Below are positions 1-7,923 of a stretch of 59,998 nucleotides of DNA, piece by piece. Under the pieces are notes generated by a model, which saw nothing but the letters and a program-made list of their open reading frames with translations, was not told the origin of the DNA and ran no database searches. A program made the translations under genes and the position numbers. The stretch covers positions 1-59,998 of the forward strand of contig CAYIBP010000004.1 in NCBI GenBank assembly GCA_964361705.1, in the 5' to 3' direction. This stretch comes from an uncultured Candidatus Saccharibacteria bacterium. GTDB taxonomy: Bacteria; Patescibacteriota; Minisyncoccia; Phycocordibacterales; UBA9973. Numbering within the stretch: the first letter of the stretch is position 1; each line of letters starts with the position of its first letter.

Positions 1-2
1 CT

Positions 3-482
3 AAACTTTTAAGAAAGTTGGATGAAGTTTTTAATGCGGGACGGGTGGGGAGATACGGAACGCACACAGTTCCTTTCTATCATCCAGTTCTTAAGATAAA
101 TACCACTGGTCCAGCAGATATTGCTCACGCTTGGACTCACTACGCTGAACTTGAGAAAATATATCCAACAGTAAAAATAAATCCGGCTACAGTTGGAGAA
201 GTCACAGCTGTAAAAAATCTGAATGCGCTTACCCAATCCTTTGTCTCCACCAAAATATCGACAAAGAGGTTTTTGCAGAGTATGCCGGGAGGAAAAGATC
301 AAACTCGCATAGGCAGAACAATGGTATACGATACCACCACCAAAGAATTTGCAACATTTACCCCAAAAATTGATGGTTCAGTACAGATACATACTCACTT
401 TGTACCAGATAATCCCGATGATTATGTGTTCAACTTGGTCGATGGACAAATTAAAGTATTTAATTACATCGAAATAAAGTAG
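3..482 (+). CDS. Partial CDS (5' truncated by window edge); probable polymorphic-toxin C-terminal domain, possibly RNase-like
   Basis: The frame is open from base 3 (KLLRKLDEV...), so the TTG at 18 is not the true start. The VYDTTTKEF...G..IHTHFVP...DDY tail resembles BECR-type toxin tips. A small acidic ORF starts 1 nt after the stop. Confidence 0.5.
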   Translation, partial: KLLRKLDEVFNAGRVGRYGTHTVPFYHPVLKINTTGPADIAHAWTHYAELEKIYPTVKINPATVGEVTAVKNLNALTQSFVSTKISTKRFLQSMPGGKDQTRIGRTMVYDTTTKEFATFTPKIDGSVQIHTHFVPDNPDDYVFNLVDGQIKVFNYIEIK

Positions 483-483
483 T

Positions 484-834
484 ATGGAAAAACAAAATTT
501 TGGAATTATTCACGAAAGTAGATTTGAGCCTCCCTTTTCTTATTACACAGCAAGAAATGCATTTTATGCACTAGTAAATAATTACGCAGACAAAAAGAAC
601 ATAAAGCTCATCACCTCTGAAGGTGAAGGCAATAGGTGGCTCCTCATCCTCAAGGATGGAACCAAGGTGTTGGCGGAGGATATGAGTTTTGAAGGAGATC
701 CTATAGGCATGTGGACAAAATATGTACCAGGAATAGGTCTTACAAACGGAGACGACATCCTCATCCCCCAATCTGATATCAAAGAAGTTTTAAATCCTTA
801 CAAATACGATTGGAGCAAAGAAGAAAAGAAATAA
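484..834 (+). CDS. Hypothetical 116-aa protein, candidate cognate immunity protein
   Basis: Small, aromatic and acidic-rich ORF starting 1 nt after the upstream stop (TAG-T-ATG); assignment by context only. Confidence 0.45.
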   Translation: MEKQNFGIIHESRFEPPFSYYTARNAFYALVNNYADKKNIKLITSEGEGNRWLLILKDGTKVLAEDMSFEGDPIGMWTKYVPGIGLTNGDDILIPQSDIKEVLNPYKYDWSKEEKK

Positions 835-867
835 TATTTTATTAAAATTAACGGAAAAAGAAAAGAT

Positions 868-1260
868 ATGGATTACATAAAGAATTTATACAGTGGACGA
901 ATAGGAAGAAAGAATTATATTTTAGGTTATTTTGTTTTTACATTACCTCTTTTAGTTTTGTATTTTAGCCTGTTTTCTGATACAGAAACGGCAGATTTGT
1001 TTTCAACATTATATATAATCCCTTATTTACTGGTTTCCTTTTATGTTTACGCCTTAATGGTTCGTCGTCTTCACGATATTGGTAAAAATGGCTGGTTTAT
1101 ATTTTTGATGGCTATTCCATTTGTGGGTGTTATTTATTTTTTTATTCTTTTGTTCAAAAAAAGCCAACCAATCGTCAACAAGTATGGTGAAGTTCCAGAC
1201 AAAAACAAAAAGTTTCTTGATGATATTTTAAACAGGAAACCATTGTCAAATCAAGATTAA
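868..1260 (+). CDS. DUF805 (YhaH/YhaI-like) inner membrane protein
   Basis: GRIGRKNY N-terminal motif, VRRLHDIGKNGW motif and NKYG C-terminal motif, with about 3 TM segments. Confidence 0.85.
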   Translation: MDYIKNLYSGRIGRKNYILGYFVFTLPLLVLYFSLFSDTETADLFSTLYIIPYLLVSFYVYALMVRRLHDIGKNGWFIFLMAIPFVGVIYFFILLFKKSQPIVNKYGEVPDKNKKFLDDILNRKPLSNQD

Positions 1261-1340
1261 GAACAAAAAATAATCAACAGTTCTCTAGAGGAAAAGTAAT
1301 TGAATGATACATTTATCAAAATTAACATAAAAGAAAAAAT

Positions 1341-1958
1341 ATGTATTGTCAAAATTGTGGATCAAAAAATGAAAGTGACTCTAAGTTCTGTCAAAACTGC
1401 GGAGTAAAATTATCAAATAGCCAACAGGAAAAGAAAGAAGAAAAACAGATAGCTAACATTGAATACTTTGCTATATCTCCCAAACGCCTTGCTCTATTTT
1501 CTATTCTTACATCTGGTATTTATCAGGTTTATTGGTTTTATAAAAATTGGGAAGCAATAAAGAAAGCAGAAAGGCAGAATATTTCGCCATTATTGAGATC
1601 GCTTTTTGCTGTATTTTTTTGTCATGGTTTATTCAAAAGAGTTTTGGGATCATCAAAAAGCCATGGATATAAGGAATTGTATTCGCCGGGTTGGCATGCA
1701 GCAGCATATATCGTACTTCTTTTGTTTGGAAATATTCTGAGCATAGATGAGTCAACCAATGCTAGTATTGTTTGGTTGGTTGCTGTATCAGTTAGTTTTA
1801 TTCCCTTGTTGTCGGTTCAAAGAGCAATTAATTTTAACAACGAAAAGTTAAAAGAAGGTAGTAGTTTTAAACAAGGATTTTCTGGTGGTGAAGTTGCATT
1901 GATCGTAATTGGAGTCATTTGGTCTTTGTTGATATTAATTGGCATATTTTTATCTTAA
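1341..1958 (+). CDS. Zinc-ribbon domain membrane protein
   Basis: N-terminal CxxC-x10-CxxC (MYCQNCG...FCQNCG), then several hydrophobic segments (T.GIY..YWFYKNW). Confidence 0.75.
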   Translation: MYCQNCGSKNESDSKFCQNCGVKLSNSQQEKKEEKQIANIEYFAISPKRLALFSILTSGIYQVYWFYKNWEAIKKAERQNISPLLRSLFAVFFCHGLFKRVLGSSKSHGYKELYSPGWHAAAYIVLLLFGNILSIDESTNASIVWLVAVSVSFIPLLSVQRAINFNNEKLKEGSSFKQGFSGGEVALIVIGVIWSLLILIGIFLS

Positions 1959-2097
1959 ATAATTTATAAAATGTTAAATAAATAAATGGATATCAGAATC
2001 TAGATATTTCTTAGTGATGTTGTTTACCAGTTGTTTGATTAAAGTTGCGAGAAGACAGAGATTTGCCTTAAAAATAAAAGATGCTATCATATCTAAC

Positions 2098-2454
2098 ATG
2101 CTTGATAAGAAGAAAATAAAAGAGAAATTAGAAAAGGAGAGGGATATGCTACTTGAGCAAATGCGTGGTATGGGCAAGTTGAATCCAGAAACAAATGACT
2201 GGGAAGCCACCCCTGAAGACAAGGGTTACAGAGATACTGATCAGAACGACATGGCAGATAGATTTGAGGATTTTGAAGAGAGAAGCTCAATGATAAAGGT
2301 TTTAGAAAGCCGATTGAATAACATTTTGATCGCCCTAAAAGGTTTAAATCGAGAGTCTTTCGGTAAATGTGAAGTCTGTAAGAAAGATATAGAAAAAGAC
2401 CGCATAGAAGCCAATCCTGCAGCCCGTACCTGCAAGAAACATCTAGAAAAATAA
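2098..2454 (+). CDS. DksA/TraR family C4-type zinc finger protein
   Basis: Coiled coil with DxxDxA (DQNDMA) and a C-terminal CEVC...RIEANPAARTCKKH finger (CxxC/CxxH). Start moved to ATG 2098, 7 nt after TGc-TATCAT. Confidence 0.85.
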   Translation: MLDKKKIKEKLEKERDMLLEQMRGMGKLNPETNDWEATPEDKGYRDTDQNDMADRFEDFEERSSMIKVLESRLNNILIALKGLNRESFGKCEVCKKDIEKDRIEANPAARTCKKHLEK

Positions 2455-2489
2455 TAAATCTTCCTGAATTAACCCCCACCTAAAATAAT

Positions 2490-4052
2490 ATGAGCTTCGC
2501 AAGAGTGTATTCCGCACAGGTCAATCTGCTTTCTGGACAAATAGTCACTATAGAGGTTGATCTATCTAAAGGCCTGCACACTTTTAATGTCGTAGGTTTA
2601 CCTGACAAAGCAGTAGATGAATCAAAAGATCGTGTAAGCTCGGCTATAAAAAATTCTGGTTTTAAATCTCCAAAAGCAAAAAATCAGAAAATAATAGTTT
2701 CTTTATCACCGGCTGATTTGAAAAAAGAAGGGCCGTTTTTTGATTTAGCTATAGCACTCGCCTACATGCTTGCGGCGGGAGATTTAAAATTTAACGGAGA
2801 GAAAAGGATTTTCTTAGGTGAACTGTCTTTGGACGGCACACTGCGTGGTATCAGAGGATCTTTGCCCCTCGTTATGGAAGCTAAAAAGAAAGGATTTGAG
2901 GAAATATATTTGCCGAAAGAAAATGCAGTAGAAGCGGCTCTTGTAGATGGCATAAAAATTTTTGGCGCTGGGAGTTTAAGGGAAGTGGTAGAGCATATCA
3001 ACGAGATAAAATCTTCTCATTTGGAAGCAAAGCAAAAACAAAATAAAAAAATACCACCTCAAGTAAAAACAAAAATAGCATACAAACTAGAAAAAAGAAT
3101 TTCTGATTTTTCTGATATTAAAGGGCAAGAAGGAGCAAAAAGAGGTCTAGAAATAGCGGCAGCCGGCGGACACAACATCGCTATGTATGGTCCGCCTGGT
3201 ACAGGTAAGACGATGCTGGCTAGAGCGTTTTCACAGCTTTTGCCTGATTTGGAAATAGATGAAGTACTTGAGATCACAGGAATACATTCCGTGGCGGGAG
3301 CTATACGAGGAGAGCTTGTGTCTTCTCCTCCTTTTCGTTCACCTCATCACACTTCTTCGTATGTATCTATAATAGGCGGAGGCACTTATCCGAAACCAGG
3401 TGAAGTGACTTTGGCGCACAGAGGAGTGCTTTTCTTAGATGAATTTCCAGAATTTGAAAAAAGGGTTATCGAATCCTTGCGTCAGCCTCTTGAAGACAAT
3501 ATCGTATCGATTTCTCGCGCTAAGGGCACTGCTACTTTTCCATCCAATTTTATTTTGGTTGCGGCTATGAATCCATGTCCATGCGGTAATGCCACTTCTA
3601 AACAGCGGGCCTGTATTTGTAAGCCTTCGGATTTAGACAGATACAAAAGGAAACTCTCCGGCCCGATAATGGATAGGATAGATTTGTGGGTTTCTGTAGG
3701 TAATGTGGATTATAAAAAATTAAGCGAAGAGGGGAACGGAGAAAAAAGCGACAAGATAAAACAGAGGGTAATGAACGCGCGCAAAATTCAGAAAAAAAGA
3801 TTTGAAAAATTTGGCCGAAATATAAGTATGAACAGTGAAATGAATGTGAAAGATTTGGCAAGCATGGCTAAACTCGATGAAGAAGTGAGACGTATCCTAG
3901 ACGATAGCGCCGAACATTTAGCTCTCTCCGCTCGTGCTTATCACCGAGTAATCAAGATCGCCCGAACAATAGCGGACCTAGAAAATTCAGAAGAGATAGA
4001 AGCAAATCATATCCTTGAAGCTCTGCAATATAGGCCAAGAGTGAATTCGTAG
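2490..4052 (+). CDS. comM: YifB/ComM family Mg-chelatase-like AAA+ ATPase
   Basis: N-terminal Lon-like domain (VVGLPDKAVDES), Walker A GPPGTGKT, LAHRGVLFLDEFPEF, AAMNPCPCG and LSARAYHRVIKIARTIADL. Confidence 0.92.
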   Translation: MSFARVYSAQVNLLSGQIVTIEVDLSKGLHTFNVVGLPDKAVDESKDRVSSAIKNSGFKSPKAKNQKIIVSLSPADLKKEGPFFDLAIALAYMLAAGDLKFNGEKRIFLGELSLDGTLRGIRGSLPLVMEAKKKGFEEIYLPKENAVEAALVDGIKIFGAGSLREVVEHINEIKSSHLEAKQKQNKKIPPQVKTKIAYKLEKRISDFSDIKGQEGAKRGLEIAAAGGHNIAMYGPPGTGKTMLARAFSQLLPDLEIDEVLEITGIHSVAGAIRGELVSSPPFRSPHHTSSYVSIIGGGTYPKPGEVTLAHRGVLFLDEFPEFEKRVIESLRQPLEDNIVSISRAKGTATFPSNFILVAAMNPCPCGNATSKQRACICKPSDLDRYKRKLSGPIMDRIDLWVSVGNVDYKKLSEEGNGEKSDKIKQRVMNARKIQKKRFEKFGRNISMNSEMNVKDLASMAKLDEEVRRILDDSAEHLALSARAYHRVIKIARTIADLENSEEIEANHILEALQYRPRVNS

Positions 4053-4053
4053 G

Positions 4054-4062
4054 TTATCCACA
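4054..4062 (+). promoter_or_regulatory. Consensus DnaA box (TTATCCACA)
   Basis: Perfect 9-mer in the intergenic region, 8 bp upstream of a -35 element. Confidence 0.55.
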
Positions 4063-4070
4063 GTTTTTGT

Positions 4071-4099
4071 TTGACAGTGAACGAACGTTCACTTATACT
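4071..4099 (+). promoter_or_regulatory. Sigma70 promoter of the small-ORF/lexA operon with a LexA (SOS) box in the spacer
   Basis: TTGACA (4071-4076), 17 bp, TATACT (4094-4099). The spacer holds the perfect palindrome AGTGAAC-GAAC-GTTCACT (4076-4093), which matches GAAC-N4-GTTC. Confidence 0.85.
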
Positions 4100-4140
4100 T
4101 ATCTACATAAGATTATCAGTAATTAAGTATATATAATTTT

Positions 4141-4335
4141 ATGTCGCAAAAACAATATCTAAAAATTATAGAGAAAGAGATCAATAGGGTAAACAAGATA
4201 ATTGACCTCAAGATCCTTCGCGGAGAGGAATACTGGAAGGAAGCCCGAGATCACAAACTCCTTTTGAGGAAGATTCGTTTCTATAATAGGCAGAGCTTTC
4301 TCAAGAGATTATTTCCCAGCTTTCTTTTCAGCTAA
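4141..4335 (+). CDS. Small basic protein (64 aa) with amphipathic C-terminus, first gene of the lexA operon
   Basis: Clean ORF between the LexA-box promoter and lexA (5-nt gap); ends SFLKRLFPSFLFS. Confidence 0.7.
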   Translation: MSQKQYLKIIEKEINRVNKIIDLKILRGEEYWKEARDHKLLLRKIRFYNRQSFLKRLFPSFLFS

Positions 4336-4340
4336 ATTTT

Positions 4341-4907
4341 ATGGTCAATCAGTATCAGAAAAAATTAGAATCTTTCTACGAAAACAATAAAAGAATGCCC
4401 ACATATTCCGAGATGATGGAGTTGTTTGATTTTAAATCCAAAAATGCAGTCTTTAAAATCGTTCAAAAGCTCATAGATGGGGGAATGGTAGCCAAAGACC
4501 ACCTTGGAAGACTGGTACCCTCAAAATCTTTCGGTGAAGTGCCAATGCTCGGTTTTGTGACTGCTGGATTTCCTGCAACTGTAGAAGAAGAGCTTACTGA
4601 TACTGTAAACCTCGATGATCTTTTAGTAAAAAATAAATCAATAACATATATGCTCGAAGTAGATGGAGATTCTATGATAGATGCTCATATAGAAAAAGGC
4701 GACATGGTACTGGTAGAGAAAACAAATCAGGCCAAAGACGGACAAATAATAATAGCTGAAGTAGATGGGGAGTTTACTATGAAATATTTTCGTAAAGACG
4801 GAAGCAAAGTCTGGCTCGAACCCGCAAATAAAAACTACAAGCCCATTTATCCAAAACACTCTTTAAATATAAACGCCGTGCTAAAAGCGGTGATAAGAAG
4901 ATACTAA
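4341..4907 (+). CDS. lexA: LexA repressor
   Basis: N-terminal wHTH (MPTYSEM...KSKNAV), Ala-Gly cleavage site (VTAGFP) and S24 Ser/Lys dyad (GDSM...TMK). Confidence 0.93.
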   Translation: MVNQYQKKLESFYENNKRMPTYSEMMELFDFKSKNAVFKIVQKLIDGGMVAKDHLGRLVPSKSFGEVPMLGFVTAGFPATVEEELTDTVNLDDLLVKNKSITYMLEVDGDSMIDAHIEKGDMVLVEKTNQAKDGQIIIAEVDGEFTMKYFRKDGSKVWLEPANKNYKPIYPKHSLNINAVLKAVIRRY

Positions 4908-4920
4908 ATAACTCAAAATT

Positions 4921-4952
4921 AAAAAACACTCCAAATTATGGGAGTGTTTTTT
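4921..4952. terminator. Bidirectional intrinsic terminator between lexA and HU
   Basis: AAAAAACACTCC-8nt-GGAGTGTTTTTT between convergent genes. Confidence 0.85.
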
Positions 4953-4973
4953 AATTTAATCTCGAGATTAAAA

Positions 4974-5246
4974 CTATGCAACCGCGTCTTTAAGAGCTTT
5001 TGCTGGTCTGAATTTTGGAACTTTCTTTGCAGCAACTTTGACTTGCTCTCCTGTCTTTGGATTGCGAGCCATTCTAGCTGCGCGAGCCTTAACAGAAAAG
5101 ATTCCAAAACCGGCAATTGAAACATCCATGCCTTTTTTCATACCGCCAACGATTGCATCGAACAATCCATCAACGATTTCCTCAGCTTGTACTTTTGTAC
5201 CTCCAAGCTTTGCCTGTACCCATTCAACCAATGATTGTTTATTCAT
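4974..5246 (-). CDS. hup: HU family DNA-binding protein
   Basis: IAGFGIF...ARMARNPKTGEQVKVAAKKVPKFRPAKALKDAV signature. Confidence 0.96.
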   Translation of the reverse strand: MNKQSLVEWVQAKLGGTKVQAEEIVDGLFDAIVGGMKKGMDVSIAGFGIFSVKARAARMARNPKTGEQVKVAAKKVPKFRPAKALKDAVA

Positions 5247-5435
5247 GTTATTAAAAGATAATTCTTGTAATATTTCGACCCTACCACCTTAGTATCATAC
5301 CAAGACGGCGATTTACTTATAAAATCAATACCCCTATATTATATATCAAGGGTTTTTTAGCGCAAGAGCACAAGGGTTTTTCCTCAGAATTAGGTTTTTG
5401 TAATTTTTATGCTGGATTAAGAGCAGAAAAATGAA

Positions 5436-6965
5436 TTATCTTGCGTATTCTATCACTCTTGTTTCTCTTATCAGTATTACTTTTATTTCACCGGGGTATT
5501 TTAGCTCTTGCTCTATTTTTACAGCGATATCACGGCCCATTATTTTAGCTTCTGCGTCGGAGACTTTGTCTGGAGTTACGAATATCCTTATTTCACGGCC
5601 TGCCTGCAGAGCGTAGGACTTTTCTACAGCAGGGAAGGCGTTTACTAGAGCCTCAAGTTCTTGTAGTCTCTTCAAGTAATTCTCGACTGAATCGCGTCTA
5701 GCGCCCGGTCGTCCTCCTGATATAGCATCTGCGGTCTGCACTATTACTGATTCAATTGTTTCATAAGGATAATCTTCATGGTGCGATTTCATCGCGGTTA
5801 TAATACGCTCATCTGCGCCGAATTTTTGAAGGATGCGTATGCCTATTTCTATGTGAGTACCTTGGACCTCGTGATCAAGGGCTTTTCCTATGTCGTGTAC
5901 TAATGCGCCGGCTTTTGCTATAGCTACATCCGCTCCGAGTTCTTCGGCTATCATACCAGCGATATGCGTCATTTCTATGGAATGTTGCAAAACATTTTGT
6001 CCATAACTTGTACGGAAGTAGAGTCTGCCGATTATTGCTACTATTCTAGGATCGAAATTCAAGATTCCGCATTCGTAAACAGCTTGTTCACCCTTTTCTT
6101 TTATTATTTTGTTTATATCTTCTTTTGCTTTTTCAACCAATTCTTCTATCTTTGCAGGTTGAATTCGCCCGTCTAATATGAGGTTTTCCAGCGCAAGGCG
6201 CGCAACTTGTCTTCTGACAGGATCAAAGGAGGAAATAACTATAGTACCAGGAGTGTCATCAACTATGAGCTCTACTCCTGATGCGCGTTCAAAAGCGCGA
6301 ATATTACGGCCTTCTTTTCCTATTATTTTCCCCTTGATTTCGTTGTTTGGTATGCTGACCGAAGTCACCATGAGTTCAGCGGCAGTGCTGGATGCTAGGC
6401 GTTGGATAGAAGTGGATAATATGTCTTTTGCTCTGCGGTCAAGCTTTTCTTCATTGTTATTTTCGAGTTTTTGAATTCTTATCAAAAGGTCTTCCTCGTA
6501 TTTTTTCTCTATATCCTTGATCAAGAGCTCTTTTGCCTCGGATTCGCTTAACTTTGAAATTCTTTCAAGTTCTGTTTTCTTGTCTTCTTCTATCTTAGAA
6601 ACTTTTTCTTGTACCTTTTTTACTTCTTCTATCTTGAGTTTGATATTCTCGGTTTCTTTGTCTATATCAAGCTGTCTCGCGTCCAAGAACTCATCTTTTT
6701 TTATGAGCCTTTTTTCTTTTTCTTTAAACTCTTGGTCGTGCTTTTTTTCTTCCTCTTTTAATTCAATGAGCCTTTTTTCAGCTTTACTGTTTGCTTCGTC
6801 TAATATCTTTTGCGCTTCTTCTTTGGCAGAGAGCGTCATCTGTTTGATATCTATTTCTATGGATTTCCTTTTACCTAAAGCGACGATGACTCGCAGGTAG
6901 TATCCGATCCCAACGCCTAAAAGGAGTACTCCGACTCCAATTAGTATTATAATTAATGAGCTCAT
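5436..6965 (-). CDS. rny: Ribonuclease Y
   Basis: N-terminal TM, coiled coil, KH domain (KGKIIGKEGRNIR) and HD domain (LVHDIGKA). Confidence 0.97.
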   Translation of the reverse strand: MSSLIIILIGVGVLLLGVGIGYYLRVIVALGKRKSIEIDIKQMTLSAKEEAQKILDEANSKAEKRLIELKEEEKKHDQEFKEKEKRLIKKDEFLDARQLDIDKETENIKLKIEEVKKVQEKVSKIEEDKKTELERISKLSESEAKELLIKDIEKKYEEDLLIRIQKLENNNEEKLDRRAKDILSTSIQRLASSTAAELMVTSVSIPNNEIKGKIIGKEGRNIRAFERASGVELIVDDTPGTIVISSFDPVRRQVARLALENLILDGRIQPAKIEELVEKAKEDINKIIKEKGEQAVYECGILNFDPRIVAIIGRLYFRTSYGQNVLQHSIEMTHIAGMIAEELGADVAIAKAGALVHDIGKALDHEVQGTHIEIGIRILQKFGADERIITAMKSHHEDYPYETIESVIVQTADAISGGRPGARRDSVENYLKRLQELEALVNAFPAVEKSYALQAGREIRIFVTPDKVSDAEAKIMGRDIAVKIEQELKYPGEIKVILIRETRVIEYAR

Positions 6966-7223
6966 AAGCTTTGTTTCAGCTTATAAAAACAGCCCCTATG
7001 CTTTGTTTTGCTTCTGTTTTAGACGCAGATTTGCATTCATGCACAAAATACCAAAATCTTCTTTTAACGATCTTTCTTGTATTTTATCTCGCAACGACAT
7101 AGATGGGAATTTCTATAAACCAATTGAAAATAAATTTGTAAAATCAACATTTACAATATAACAAATGTTAAAGACTTTGTCTATGTTTGTGTTTCTAATG
7201 AAAATCATCAAAAATCTGACAGT

Positions 7224-7823
7224 CTAAGCCTTAGATGGTGGAGTTTTGGTCTTAGTGAGAACTTCGTCTATGATGCCGTATTTTTTGGCTTCTTCTGCGT
7301 CCATAAAGAAATCTCGTTCTACATCTTTCTCTATTTGAATGAGAGACTTGCCTGTATTTTTAGCAAGTATTTTGTTTAAGCTATCTCTTGTTTTTAAGAT
7401 ATGTTTTGCAGAAATAGCAATATCTGTGGCTTGACCTTCTACTCCGCCGAGAGGTTGGTGGATCATAACTTCGGCATTTGGCAAGATAAATCTTTTGCCT
7501 TTTTTGCCAGCAGAGAGCACTAAGGCGGCGCCGGATGCTGCGAGCCCTACACAAAAAGTAGAAACATCTGGACGGATGTGGCTCATAGTGTCTACTATGG
7601 CCAATGTGGAAGTGACGGATCCGCCGGGAGAATTGATATACAAGAAGATATCTTTTTTGGGATCTTCGGACTCTAAAAACAAAAGTTGAGCGATGACGAT
7701 GTTTGCCACATTGTCATCTATTGGCCCTGCCAGAAAAACTATGCGCTCGCGCAAAAGGCGAGAGTAAATATCATAAGCTCTCTCTCCAAACTGCGATTTT
7801 TCTATAACTGTTGGTATTAACAT
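7224..7823 (-). CDS. clpP: ATP-dependent Clp protease proteolytic subunit
   Basis: [27 protein letters not shown] (Ser), MIHQP (His) and ERDFF (Asp). Confidence 0.97.
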   Translation of the reverse strand: MLIPTVIEKSQFGERAYDIYSRLLRERIVFLAGPIDDNVANIVIAQLLFLESEDPKKDIFLYINSPGGSVTSTLAIVDTMSHIRPDVSTFCVGLAASGAALVLSAGKKGKRFILPNAEVMIHQPLGGVEGQATDIAISAKHILKTRDSLNKILAKNTGKSLIQIEKDVERDFFMDAEEAKKYGIIDEVLTKTKTPPSKA

Positions 7824-7917
7824 ATTTTTATTTAAGATTTAAAGTTAGTAAGTAAGAGGTATTTTATAAGACCACTTCTCGCCCCGCTGTGGCGGGGTAA
7901 CTGTTGGTATTAACATA
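7805..7917. repeat. 20-bp direct repeat of the clpP start (7805-7824 and 7898-7917) flanking 73 bp that contain a GC palindrome
   Basis: TAACTGTTGGTATTAACATA occurs twice; CCCCGC-TGTG-GCGGGG lies at 7882-7897. Confidence 0.85.
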
Positions 7918-7923
7918 ATGGTA

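Noticed and set aside
5247-5435. Possible tRNA or other RNA gene in the HU-rny gap and other intergenic gaps
   Set aside because: No cloverleaf or T-loop (GTTCGA) pattern seen; the gap is explained by the HU promoter (TGgTATGAT) and leader.
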